Below are positions 49,057-61,890 of a stretch of DNA of 64,000 nt, one piece after another (the first letter of the stretch is position 1; each line of letters begins with the position of its first letter). Made by a program: the position numbers and the translations under genes. Location: assembly GCF_004010195.1 (NCBI RefSeq), contig NC_057710.1, forward strand, positions 138,008,075-138,072,074. The letters are read 5' to 3'. The stretch comes from Chiloscyllium plagiosum (lineage: Eukaryota). A model generated the notes under the pieces. It was not told the DNA's origin. It did not search any database and was given only the letters and a program-made list of their open reading frames with translations.

Positions 49057-51689
49057 AAACCCACATTGTTAACTGACACAGCAGTGAACCTGCACAGTTA
49101 CTGCCTTTGCTGTTTGAATTCATACATCGCTGGACATTGGAGTGCATCTGGGAAAATTAACGAACAGTGAAATTCCCAAATGATCTTGGAGGAATGTGTT
49201 TGGGAGAGATCACAGCACAAAAATGTAAGTGAATATTTTAAGCATGGCCTTATAGTAGTCTGTAGTAGTGAGTAGAGTGGGTTCTTTCTTGATTATATGT
49301 TATATTGAGATATGTCTCTTGATTATATTTAAAAATATAAGCCATAAGTATTAATTTAACCTTATGGAGCAGTGTTTTGTAGAGGAATAAGACAGTGCTA
49401 TTTACTTGGTCTGTATATTGAAAGAAACAAAAATAACCTTTAGTAGAGTGACATGGTCTTCTTGTCAGATGTGGGAGTTTAGGGAGAGTTTACCTGTTAA
49501 TGAGGATTAGGCCTGCAATAAATGCCATTGGTTGCGAATCCTATCAGATTGAATGGATCGGTTGGCAAGACAGGGAGAGAAGGGATATTACAGAGAGTTA
49601 TGCAGGAATTCAAAAGGGATGCCCTCAAGAGTAGTTAAATCTGGATTACTCCCGATGATGTGAGCCAGTGAAGGCAGGAAAAAGAGGATAGAGCAGATGA
49701 ATGCATAGATGAGGAGCTGGTGTATGGGAGAAGGATTCACATTTTTGGATCATTGGAATCTCTTTTGGGATAGAAATGACCTTGACAAGAAGGACGGATT
49801 GCACCTAAATTGGAAGGGGACTAATATACTGCAGGGAAATTTGCTAGAACTGCTTGGGAGGATTTAAACTATTAGGTTATATAGTGAGGAAAGAGATCTA
49901 GCTAAGACTAGTATGGTTGAGTATAAAAGTGAGTCAAAACGTCAGGGCAGGCAGGGACAAAGCAGAGAACAAGATAGCACTGATAAATTAAACTGCATTT
50001 ATTTCAATGTAAGGGACCTAACAAGGAAGGCAGATGAACTCAGGGCATGGTTAGGAACATGGGACTGGGATATCATAGCAATTACAGAAACATGGTTCAA
50101 GGATGGGCAGAACTGGCAGCTTAATGCTCCAGGATACAAATGCTACAGGAAGAACAGAAAGGGAGGCAAGAGAGGAGGGGGAGAGGTGTTTTTGATAAGG
50201 GATAGCATTACAGCTGTGCTGAGGGAGGATATTCCTGGAAATACATCCAGGGAAGTTATTTGGGTGGAACTGACAAATAAGAAAGGGATGATCACCTTAT
50301 TGGGATTGTATTATAGACCCCTAATAGTCACAGGGAAATTGAGAAAATAATTTGTAAGGAGATCTCAGTTAACTATCAGAATAATAGGTTGGCTATGGTA
50401 GGGGACTATAACTTTCCAAACATAGACTGGGACTTGCATACTGTTAAGGGGTTAGATGGAGAGGAATTTATTAAGTGTGTACAAGTAAATTTTCTGATTC
50501 AGTATCTGGATGCACCTACTAGAGAAGGTGTGAAACTTGACCTACTCTTGGGAAATAAGGCAGGGCAGGTGACTGAGGTGTCAATGGTGGAGCACCTTGG
50601 TGCCAGCGACCATAATTCTCTTAGATTTAAAATAGTGATGGAAAAGGATGGACCAGATCTAAAAGTTGAATTTCTAAATTGGAGAAAGGCCAATTTTGAT
50701 GGTATTAGGCAAGAACTTTCAAAAGCTGATTGGGGGCAGATGTTCACAGATAAAGGGATGGCTGGAAAATGGGAAGCCTTCAAAAATGAGATAACGAGAG
50801 TCCTGTCAGGGTGAAAGGAAAGACTGTTAGGGGTAGGGAATGCTGGATGAGGGTTTAATTAAGAAAAAGAAGGAAGCATATGTCAGGTATAGACAGTAGA
50901 AATCGTGTGAATCCTTAGAAGAGTATTAAGGCAGTAGGAGTACACTTAGAGGGAAATCAGGAGAGCAAAAAAGGGACATGAGATAGCTTTGGCAAATAGA
51001 GTTAAGGAGAATCCAAAGGGTTTTTATAAATGCATTAAGGACAAAAGGGTAACAAAGGAGAGAATAGGGCCCCTCAAAAATCAGCAAGGCGGCCTTTGTG
51101 TGGAGCCGCAGGAGATGGGGAGAAACTAAATGAGTATTTTGCAGTGGTATTTACTGTGGAAAAGGACATGGAAGATATAGAATGTAGGGAAATAGCTGGT
51201 GACATCTTGAAAAATGTCCAAATGACAGAGGAGGAAGTGCTCAATGTCTTGAAACACATAAAAGTGGATAAATCCCCAGGACCTGATCAGGTGTACACTG
51301 GATCTCTGTGGGAAGCTAGGAAAGTGATTGCTGGGCCTCTTGCTGAGATATTTGTATCATCAATTGTCACAGATGAGGTACAGGAAGACTGGAGGTTGGC
51401 TAACGTGGTACCACTGTTTAAGAAGTGTGGTAAGGACAAGCCAGGGAACAAGAGACCAGTAAGCCTGACATCAGTGGTGGGCAAGTTGTTGGAGGGAATC
51501 TGGAGGGACAGGATGTACATGTATTTGGAAAGGCGAGGACTGTTTAGGGATAGTCAACATGGCTTTGTGCATGGGAAATCATGTCTCACAAACTTGATTA
51601 AGTTTTTTTGAAGAAGTAACAAAGTGAATCAATGAGGGCAGAGTGGTAGGCGTGATCTATATAGACTTCAGTAAGGCATTCGACAAGGT

Positions 51690-52401
51690 NNNNNNNNNNN
51701 NNNNNNNNNNNNNNNNNNNNNNNNNNNNNNNNNNNNNNNNNNNNNNNNNNNNNNNNNNNNNNNNNNNNNNNNNNNNNNNNNNNNNNNNNNNNNNNNNNNN
51801 NNNNNNNNNNNNNNNNNNNNNNNNNNNNNNNNNNNNNNNNNNNNNNNNNNNNNNNNNNNNNNNNNNNNNNNNNNNNNNNNNNNNNNNNNNNNNNNNNNNN
51901 NNNNNNNNNNNNNNNNNNNNNNNNNNNNNNNNNNNNNNNNNNNNNNNNNNNNNNNNNNNNNNNNNNNNNNNNNNNNNNNNNNNNNNNNNNNNNNNNNNNN
52001 NNNNNNNNNNNNNNNNNNNNNNNNNNNNNNNNNNNNNNNNNNNNNNNNNNNNNNNNNNNNNNNNNNNNNNNNNNNNNNNNNNNNNNNNNNNNNNNNNNNN
52101 NNNNNNNNNNNNNNNNNNNNNNNNNNNNNNNNNNNNNNNNNNNNNNNNNNNNNNNNNNNNNNNNNNNNNNNNNNNNNNNNNNNNNNNNNNNNNNNNNNNN
52201 NNNNNNNNNNNNNNNNNNNNNNNNNNNNNNNNNNNNNNNNNNNNNNNNNNNNNNNNNNNNNNNNNNNNNNNNNNNNNNNNNNNNNNNNNNNNNNNNNNNN
52301 NNNNNNNNNNNNNNNNNNNNNNNNNNNNNNNNNNNNNNNNNNNNNNNNNNNNNNNNNNNNNNNNNNNNNNNNNNNNNNNNNNNNNNNNNNNNNNNNNNNN
52401 N
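51690..52401. other. Assembly gap (712 N) inside the CR1 RT domain
   Basis: Run of N; both flanks are collinear CR1 ORF2. Confidence 0.99.
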
Positions 52402-52849
52402 CTTTTTCACACAAAGGGTGGTACGTGTATGGAATGAGCTGCCAGAGGAAGTGGTGGAGGCTGGTACAATTGCAACATTTTAGTGGCATTTGGATGGGTA
52501 TATGAATAGGAAGGGTTTGGAGGAATATGGGCTGGGTGCTGGCAGGTGGGACTAGATTGGGTTGGGATATCTGATCAGCATGGACGGGTTGGGCTGATGG
52601 GTCTGTTTCCGTGCTGTACATCTCTATGACTCTATGTCCCTCATGACTTTATAAACCTCTATAAGTTCATCCCTCAACTCCTATGCTCCAGTGAAAAAAG
52701 TCACAACCTATCTGTAGAACTCAAACCCTTCAGTCCTGGTAATATCCTGGTAAATTCATTTTGAATCCTCTCCAGTACTGGAACCAATTAGACTTGGCAT
52801 TGTGCAGTGAAGTAGAATTATCTCATAGTGAAGGCATGCATCAGTAGCA

Positions 52850-53720
52850 GCAACCATAATGGAATTGAATTTTACAATCAGAATGAGAGAGAAAAAAACA
52901 TTTCTTTTAAATTTAAATAAAGGTAATTATGATGGCATGAAAGCAAAGCTGACTGAAGTGAATTGGTAAATTAGGTTGAAGAATCACTCAATAGAGCTGT
53001 GGTGGCAGATATGGAGGACAGTGTAAGAAACAGCAAGCAGCGACTAAACAAAAATGAGTTAAAAATAGGGCGTCTGAGAAAGCTAGCCAGAAATATAAAA
53101 GCAACTGGTAAAAGCTTCGACAAAATATTTTACAAAGAAATGAATTAGAGAATTGATAATAGAAAATAAGATGGCAGATATAAATATGTATATTGTATCA
53201 GCTTTCACTAAAAAGGATAAAGGAAACATCACCAAATCAGTTAAACATGAGGGAAAAGGAGGGAGAAACTCAGGAAAATTAGATCTCATAAGAGAAGTGG
53301 TGCTGAGTAAATTGTTGGATTTGCAGGCTAGGAAGTGCTTGGGTTCTGATGGACTTCATCCCAGGGCCTTAAGAGAAATGGCTTGTGAGACAGTTGGTGC
53401 ATGGGTTACACTTTTCCAAAACTCCCTTGATTTGAGTAAAGTTCCTTTCGATTGGAAGATAGCCAACGTAAGTTTATTCAAAAAGAGAAGGAGATGGAAA
53501 GCAGGAATCTACAAACCAGTTAGCTTAATATCTGTCACAGGGAAAATATTAGATGTTATTGTTAAAGCAGGACACATAAATAAGTTCAAGGTAATCAGGC
53601 AGAGTCAAAATAGATTGTGAAAGGGAAATCATATTTAACCAATCTATCGGCGTACTTGGAAGAAGTATAATGTTGTTGATAAGGGGAACTGATGGATGTA
53701 CTTAGATTTCCCAGAGGCTC
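52850..53720 (+). mobile_element. Old CR1 ORF2 fragment
   Basis: KCLGSDGLHPRALRE...VPFDWKIANV...YKPVSLISVTGKILD. Confidence 0.85.
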
Positions 53721-53784
53721 CTTGTTCGCATGTATGTATTAAATCTACAGTATAAATGAATGTTTGATGATACATTTGTTTGGA

Positions 53785-53877
53785 CAAAGCCAGGAGTCAT
53801 ACAACACCAGATTATAGTCCAATGAGCTTATTTGAAATCACAAGCTTTCAGAGAGCTGCTTCTTCGTCAGGTGACTT
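53785..53877 (-). mobile_element. Penelope-like terminal fragment (family C) with hammerhead motif
   Basis: Minus strand aagtcac-ctgacga-a-gaagcagctctct-gaaa-gctt-gtgattt. Confidence 0.65.
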
Positions 53878-54689
53878 CCTAGCACCTCAAAGTTTGTTTG
53901 GGCTTAGGAATAGTTTGGCAAAAGGTCTCAGGGAACAATTGTCTCTATTTGTCTCTGAAAACTGTTCCTATTTCTTTTCATCCTGGGCCTGTCCTGTTTG
54001 AGAGCCCCTCCATGGGATGCAGACATGAGAACTGGGAAAGTAGGGCAAGATTTGAAGGTGTGTGTATAGGTTTCAATTCCTTGCCTGTGCCTTTCTGTGA
54101 GCAGATGGAATTTACCTGTTGGCTTCCTTATCCAGTCATCAGGTTTCTTATAGAGTGCGCTTCAGGCACAATTAATGGAGTTCAACAGCTCCTCAGAATG
54201 TAGAGCACCTAATTAGCAAACTGACAACAACCAAATCCTGACTGCTTGCACACTTTAACATAAATCTGAAAGAACAAGTTTGGCTATAGTTCTTGTGTAG
54301 TGTGCATAAGTAGGAAAATGAAAACATGAGACACAGACATATTGAGTGTTGAACAGAGGTATGTGAAGAAAATCATTGGAGCCTGCTCTACTCGGCTCAA
54401 ACTAAAACAATCTAATTTTATTAACTTCTAAAAACCTTTACACTCTCCCTCTGTTGCAATGTTGCTCACCTTTTTCCTCTGGTTGTGTAATCTATCTTTA
54501 GTTGTGTTTAGTAATTGTCATTTGTTCAAATTTATACAAGACAGTCTGGGTTTTAGCTTGTCCATAAGCTATTTTTTACAGATGTCTTTAAATCTGGTTT
54601 TTATTTTGGGGTGCTCTGGACAAGTGAAGAGGAATAAGCTAAATTTTCCTTTCTCTTCATCAGTCAATTGTCCACAACAACATACATTT

Positions 54690-56442
54690 TAGAGGGAGTA
54701 TTTTAGACTCCAAAAATTTTAAAAATAGCAAAAGAATAAGGAGGGAATGGGATAGGCAAATTAAGAACTATAGAGGTAATCTGTGTGTGGACCCTGAAGA
54801 CATGAACACAGTCCTCAATGAAAACTTTGCACAGTTTTCACAATGCAAAAGGACAGCACCAGTGCAGACATCAAAGTGGGAGACTGTGAAATATTGGAAG
54901 AAATTAACATATATGGAGACAGAAGTTACAAATAGGTTTAGTGCCTTACAAGTGGATAAATCCACAGACCTGGTTGAGATGCATCCCAAGGTGTTGAATG
55001 GAAAGGCTGAAAATATCAGGGACCCTGGTAATAATTTGCTGTTCCAAAGGAGTCAAGGAAGACTAACATTGTCCTATTATTTAAAAGGGAAGAAAGAATA
55101 GACCAGGAAATGACAGGCCAATTTAACCTTGGTAGTGGGCAGGTTGTTAGAATGAATTCTGAGAGACAAAACATATTTGCACTTTGTAAGGCATGGATTA
55201 ATCAGGAATTTTCACCAGGAATTTGTTGAAGGAACGTTGTGTTTGACAAATTTGATTGAATTTTTTTGAGGAGGTAACCAGGCATATTGATGTGGCTAAT
55301 ACATTTAACTTGGTCCACACAGAATTTAGCCAGGCTTTTGATAAGGTCCCTCATGGCAAATTGCTCCAAGAAAACAGAAGCCAGAGGGATCCAAGGCAAA
55401 GTAGCCTGTTGGACCCAAACTTTGCCAAGAGGCAGAAGGCAGAGAGTAATGATGTATGTCTGGTTCCTTCAGGGTCCTATAGGGCTGAATGCTGGGGCTC
55501 TTGCTGTTTGTGCTCTGCATTAATGATTTGGATTTAAATTGAAGGGGTATAACTAAGATGGTTATGGATCACATGAAAGTTGCTAAGGTAGTAAATAATG
55601 AGGAGGATAGCTATAAACTGCAGGAGGATATCATCAGACTGGTCAGCTTGGCAGAGCGGTGGCCAACGAAAATCAATCCAGAATAATATGTGATAATGCA
55701 CTTTGGCAGCACTAACAGGGCAAGGGATTACACTATTCAATGGTAGAACCCTGAAAAGTACTGAAGATCAGAAGGCGCTTTGTTTGCATATCTATAGATC
55801 CTTGAAGGTAGCAGGACAGGTCAGTAAAGTGGTTTAAAAAGAATATATTGGATAAGGCATAGAATACAAGGGGGGAGTTTATGCTGGAAGTGTATAAATT
55901 AGGCCACACCTGAAGTATTCTCTGCAGTTCTCATGACCACGTTATAGGAAGGATGCGATTGTACTGGAGAGGACGCAGAGGAGATTCACCAGGATGCTGC
56001 CTGGCTGGAAGGTCTGAGCAATGAGGGATGATTGAGTAGACTAGGATTGTTTTTCTTGGAGCAGCACAAGGGGGCCTGATAGAGGAGTAGAAGATTGTAG
56101 AGGAATAGATCGGGTGAAAAGGAAGGGACTTTGTCCATTAGTCAAGAGGTCAATTACTAGGGGACATAGATGTAAAGTGGAAAGTTAATGGGGGAGTTAA
56201 GGAAAACTGTCCTCATCCAGATGGTTGTGATAGCCTGGAATTCACTACCTGAAATGGTAGTCAACTCAGAAACTCTCAAAAGATTTGAACAGTATTTAGA
56301 TGTTTACCCTCATTACTGCAGCCTGCAGGGCTATGGACCAAGACTCAGAAAATGGGATTAGAGTAGATCTTTGTTGACCAATGCAGACATGATGGGCCAA
56401 AAGGCCTCCTTCTGTGCTGTAAACATCTATGAGTCTATGACT
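54690..56442 (+). mobile_element. Old degenerate CR1 (RT to 3' tail)
   Basis: VDKSTDLVEMHPKVL and FFEEVTRHID...EFSQAFDKVPHGKL remnants; tail tctatgagtctatgact. Confidence 0.85.
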
Positions 56443-59400
56443 CCTGCAGTTTTCAGTAAAAGGCACAAGGTATTCAGGTGAGCTTACATCAGAGGGAAAG
56501 ATAACATTTATTCACAATACTCCCTGGAATGTAAATGTAATGAACGCTTTCTTACTCATTCAGACACAAACAAACACACACACAAAAACACACAAAATAC
56601 ACGCAGTCAGATTAAGAGAATACAAGAAATGAATCATGTTCCGATAGTATCCTTTAAGGTGTATATAGTCAGGTCTGGATGGACTCCCTTGTGCAGTTCT
56701 TTGAAGAAGAATAGAAGTTTGAAGTCTATGATTTTTCAGACAAGTTCCTGGCCAAGTTTCTGGCAAATCCTTTCAGATGAAAATGAATTTGAACTCCTTG
56801 TACTGCCCAATTTAATTGATTGTTAGGCAGGTCTCTGTTCTTTTGGCTGCGGAAATTGTCCCTTCTGTCTTATTGGTAACCAGACTGACTGGCTTCTGCC
56901 TTGCTCATGCAATAATAAGATTGATAATCTGAAAACAGTTTGGGCATAAAGTGCCTAGTTCCATTGTCCATTTAGAATGATTTGCAAGTTCAAAGACATT
57001 GCTATACTATTGGGAGATGGATTGGTGATTGACATCAATTTATAATGAACTAGTTTGCGCACAGCTTTATTTGTTATATTTCAACTTGGAGACATGAAAT
57101 CTGCATTTGAGTTCTAGGTAAGCACACAAGGAATAGACAATATGAATTCAACAGCTGGTTTTCTCTTGCTATGTCCACACGGAGGGCACTCCATCCACTG
57201 TTATTTAGATTTTTAAGAACTTTCTAAAAGCATGTTCAGACATGAATTAATGCTTTGTTCATGCAGAAATCACAGAAGACCACCTGATTGGCAGTAATTA
57301 CCTTGGGTCAAGGTAAATTGTTGATCTGACATATGGTCCTTTCATTTCTGAAGTAAAAAAAATTCTATCATCTCCATACACTCACGCACTTATGACAAAC
57401 ATGACAGGGATCACCTACAGCGTAAACGGCTGCTGCGATAGGTTTCATTCCTGCTGGGTAGACAGCACTAAAATCACCCATAAAATGTACAAGGTTTGGC
57501 AAAGTGCTGAGATTCAGCATTGAATTTACTTGCAATATATTTGTCAACTGGAAACAAGTTGCAGGAGATGTAATCTGGGAGGGATTACATGTACACGCCC
57601 ATTCCACCAAATAACTAGAGGAAGGGATCAGTTGTAAAATACCAGTTGTCAGAAGGAATAAAAGATACCTACCAGAAACTACTAAAGGAAAAATGGCAAG
57701 CAAAGAACATCCAAGTAAGTTACAAATTTAAAAGGCATCTGGATGGGTACATGAATAGGAAAGGTTTAGAGGGATATGGGCCAAATGGGACTAGGCCAGG
57801 TTGGCATGTCTTGTAGGCATGGGCGAGTTGGACTAAAGGATCCTCTGTGTATATCTCCCCTATTAACTAGTATTCATTCTAATACTGGACAGAATAATTA
57901 ATGGCTCGTCTGCAAGTAAAAACTGCAGCCATGTTCTTGAAACCAGAGCTAGCTCAGGTGTACTGCAGGGGCAGGGAGCAGGTTGAGAAATATCTAACAA
58001 CAGGGGATTTGATAGATAGTCAGGGGAAGAGAGAGGGATTTCAGTTGTGAATTCAAAGTGGCATTTTGCTGCCCTGGTGCCAAGGTCCAGGAGTCATGGA
58101 GAAGCTGCAGAATATTCTGAAGAGAATTAACACCTAATGGTCATGGTCCATATCCATACCAACACCATTGGTGGATTGAGGTCCAGCAGGCATGTCTAAG
58201 GAAGACAAGAAAGAGACTAGCAAGCAGGATCTCAAAAGGTGGTAATCTCCAGTTTACTCTCAGCACCCTAAGTTAGTGATTGAAAATAGGAGGCTGGAGC
58301 AAATGAATGTGAAATAGGAAAGATGGTGTGGTAGGTAGTGTTTTAGATTCCTGGGACAAAGGGAGAAGTTCCTGGAGTGATGGGATCAGTTTTAAGGCTG
58401 CACCAGAACTACCTCGTGGGGCATGTGTTAGTGCTGTTGCAGAAATTTCAAACAAACTTGACAGTGGGATGAGAACCACAAGGTAAAATGCAATGGGAAG
58501 AAACAAGGTGCACAAAGAATTAGGAGAGAAAGCATGCATTAGAGTAAGATAAATCAGGCCATGTTTTTGGGGCATGTACGTGAATGCATGGAAAATGTGT
58601 GGAAAATCAGGTTGGTGAATGGGAGATGCAGGTTGTCTTGTGGGAATATGGTAATGCAACGATAATAGAGATTTCAATCTAAAATGGCAGGACTAGATCC
58701 TAAATCTCAGTGTTTTGTTCTGTGCTGCCATGCACTGTTCTTATCCCTGGTGTCTCTATCCCTGGAAGGGCTTTGATAAAGTATCACTTTGTAGGTTTGT
58801 CATGCAACATTGTCATGCAACCATGGCCAGAATCGTACCAGGCTTTGAGCAATGTGGATGATGGTGATATGTGTGATAAATTCAGTGAGTCCCATCTCAA
58901 CACTGTGATCATCTTGCCATATCATGTTCGCTTTCCCTAAACAAATTGGGGAGAATCTTGCTTGCTAGTGTAAAATTCTCAATTTACGCTTAATATTACT
59001 TATTAAACACTTTACTGACAGTCCAACTCACTTTTGGTTGTGATTTAACAAAACTCACTATTAAAATTACCATCAGGAAACCTCATCATGGATACCAAAG
59101 CAGGCTCTTGGCAGGTTCAACATACCACTTGTTTCAAGGGATCTTCATGTTGGACACTGGGCACCAACATCTCAGGGCACTCTCCATGAGCACTAGCCAC
59201 ATACATCCTATGTTCTGAGGCATTGACATCTAACATGTGCCACTGTCTGTGAATCCTTTTTGCACATATCCAATCCACCTATAATATATTTCTGTCTTTC
59301 AATACTGTATCTCGGGATGTACCAGCAAGCATCGATGTAATGCTGCAGTAAGAACGCTGTGCTCAGGGACATGTACTCAGCTCACTGTCTGGACCAGGTG

Positions 59401-60019
59401 GCTCTCAAGACTCTTTGCTTGCTTTCCTGCTGCTCATTCAATCTGACCGTACCTCGTTAATCGTAGCAGCACTGCCTTGTATTGTCTTGCCTTGCTAATT
59501 TGCATATTTGACTAATCTTGTTTGTGGAGGTAAATTTAATTATGGCTCTCAATAAGGAATTAGGTAAACACCAGCAAGACTATGAGGAAAAGGATTAGCT
59601 GAGATACTCTTGTGGAGAGCTGGCAATGGACATGCCTGGGCAAATGTCCTCCTGCATTAAATCATTGTACAATTCTGTATGATCAGTGTGATTTTGAGAG
59701 ACGTTATATAGACAACAAAAGATATACAAACAGCTGGAATGATGAGATGAAAACTTAAAGGATTCAAGCTATTTAATGTTAAAATGTATTTATTCCAGTT
59801 TGCAAGATTGAGGTAATTAGAATACCTTCACCGTTGAAAGATGTTAGTAGTCCTTTGTAGTTTTCAAATTGGAAATAATTCAATGATCTACGGTTACATT
59901 TTGTTTTTAATTACAGACCTGAGTGAAGTCTTCTAAGTCATTAGAGTACTGAATCTTCAATTATTCTGAAATTTTAGACAGGCACTTAGAAAAGAACAAT
60001 CATTAATAGATAGATGGAA

Positions 60020-60233
60020 TTAGAATGATACTGTCGGAAATAGTGTGGAATCTGAAGTCAGAGTCCCTATTGCAGTTGGTAGTTGAATGAGATGCTCTGC
60101 AAAGAAATATGGAAGGTGGTTTTTCTTCACCCATGTATTTTTAGAGCTTTGGACTGAAGCAAAATTATATCTACATTCATTGCCTTTCAAAATATTTACA
60201 AAAGGACTAGGTCTCTTTTTTTTACATGTGTCA
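60020..60233 (-). CDS. Candidate terminal coding exon of an unidentified gene (DTCKKKRPSPFVNILKGNECRYNFASVQSSKNTWVKKNHLPYFFAEHLIQLPTAIGTLTSDSTLFPTVSF*)
   Basis: T-rich tract plus ag acceptor at 60234-60235, 70 open codons to TAA, AATAAA ~225 nt downstream; no recognised homology. Confidence 0.3.
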
Positions 60234-61639
60234 CTAATTTGAGCGAAAAAATAAGTTTGACTAAAAATTACTGAGGGACTATTTTCAATAGCTAACACAA
60301 CTTGTAAGAGTTTCTACTTCATAAAAAATGTGCACAAAACATGACAAAATAGCCACTGACAACTTAGTTACAAAAGCTGGATTGGGTGGATTCAAATATG
60401 GAATCTTTGAAGTGATAGGGGACAGTTTTCGGAGGCAGCCATACATGCATGGAGAGGAAGCACTGTGTAGGAGAGGGGACAGTGGCTTGCTGGGGTGCCA
60501 GGGTTAAAGGGGTGTTTTTGATGGGAGTGGGTTGATGACAGCAGATTTTCAGAAGAAAGGTACTACACCTGAAGTGGGAGAATTAGCTTTATGGATGGCA
60601 GGGTGGGGTGGGGAGGAGAGGAAGTTGGAAACAGGATTGAGATTGTAGTAGATGGGTCTCATAGACAGGATGAGCTCAGCAGGAGATGGAGGGGGGTGGG
60701 GTTGGATAACTACAGACAGATGAGTGGTCAGGTCTAGAGTGGGGGCGTCTGACAGTCCATCCCCATGGCAATGTGAATCATATACACATTAACTTAAAAT
60801 GTTAATTAACTAGCCTCTGGACACTCAACTTAATTTGATCATAGAATTTAATAGCCAGTTTAAGGCATCATGGTGTAAAAAATCTGAAATTCCTAGTATC
60901 TTTCTGGGATTTGGAGACCAGCAATCTATCCACTATCAACACAGCTGCCATGGTCATTACTTATAACCAGTGTGACTATCTCACCCTTCCTCCCCAGTAA
61001 GACAGCATGGGAGCCCCAATGCCTCCCTCACTTCCTACTTTAACTAATAAATCAAATGAGCCAGGTTCATTGATGGACAGAACTCCAAACAGATCACATG
61101 ACACCCTTTATTTCTAATGTATAGAGCCCCAAAACACAAAAATTGGACCAGGGTAACTTTCTGTTAATGTGAAGCCTCCTTAAGGTTGTCTAAAGGCTGT
61201 TGAAACCTCAAAAAAGAGAGCTGCACTTAACCTGCAGGTAATCCTGGCAGAAGATCTCACAGAGAAAGATTATGCTGCAAGTGCATCTCTGCTTTTCGTG
61301 CCGCGGTTTTAGGGGAATTGGTGGAGGGTGTCAACAGGAGAAGGGAAGATGTCCAGATGAGATACTAGGCAGGGTTAACAGTAAGAAGGATCACATCACA
61401 GAGAGGTGCAATAATTGTGCTTGATGTCTTGACAATGGTGGCTAGGTAAGAATCCCAACTAAGTGTGGGGCTTGAATTGCCCATTATTTACATTGCACTA
61501 GCTAAGTTCCAACCAACATGCTCCCATCCACCTAAACTGTTCCATTTCTGCTTCCGAGCGCTGTCCTACAATCACTGTCATGCACTGTCCCACTTTCTGT
61601 TCCTGTTACTTTTATTGGCACACTCTCTACCTGCTACTC

Positions 61640-61890
61640 TCCTCATTTAGATTCTTCACCCACTATGCACTCCACTCTCCTCACTGACCTCTCACAATTA
61701 CCCCTCCACCTGCATCCACCTATCACTTTCCCAGCTACCTTCACCTCAGTCCCACCCCCCACCCCCCAATTCATCTCTCAGCCTCCTTCCCCCTCCGCAT
61801 TCCTGATGAGGGGCTTATGCCCGACTCTCCTGCTCCTCGGATGCTGCCTGACCTGCTGCGTTTTTCCAGCACCACACTATTTGACACTGA
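61640..61890 (+). mobile_element. Penelope-like 3' terminal fragment (family A) with a deleted hammerhead core
   Basis: Homologous to 13436-13670; ctgatga-g-gggc-ttat-gccc-ga followed directly by ctctcc. Confidence 0.72.

Larger units (their letters stand above)
48748..52636 (+). mobile_element. Near full-length CR1 (5' UTR, ORF1 with Zn-knuckle-like and SGNH esterase remnants, ORF2 APE endonuclease and RT) with stops and frameshifts, nested in an older minus-strand CR1 (48428-48747 and 52637-52775)
   Basis: ORF1 SSCQMWE...CNKC and FLDHWNLFW...KKDGLHLN; ORF2 CIYFNVR, IIAITETW, GDYNFPNIDW, SDHN, KSPGPD, SQHGF, DFSKAFDK; (CTCTATGA)n tail. Confidence 0.93.

Noticed and set aside
51598-52621. 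Long ORFs of X residues
   Set aside because: Artefacts of the N gap.
60480-60750. G-rich tract with possible G-quadruplex motifs
   Set aside because: Irregular G-runs in low-complexity, repeat-like DNA with no associated promoter evidence.
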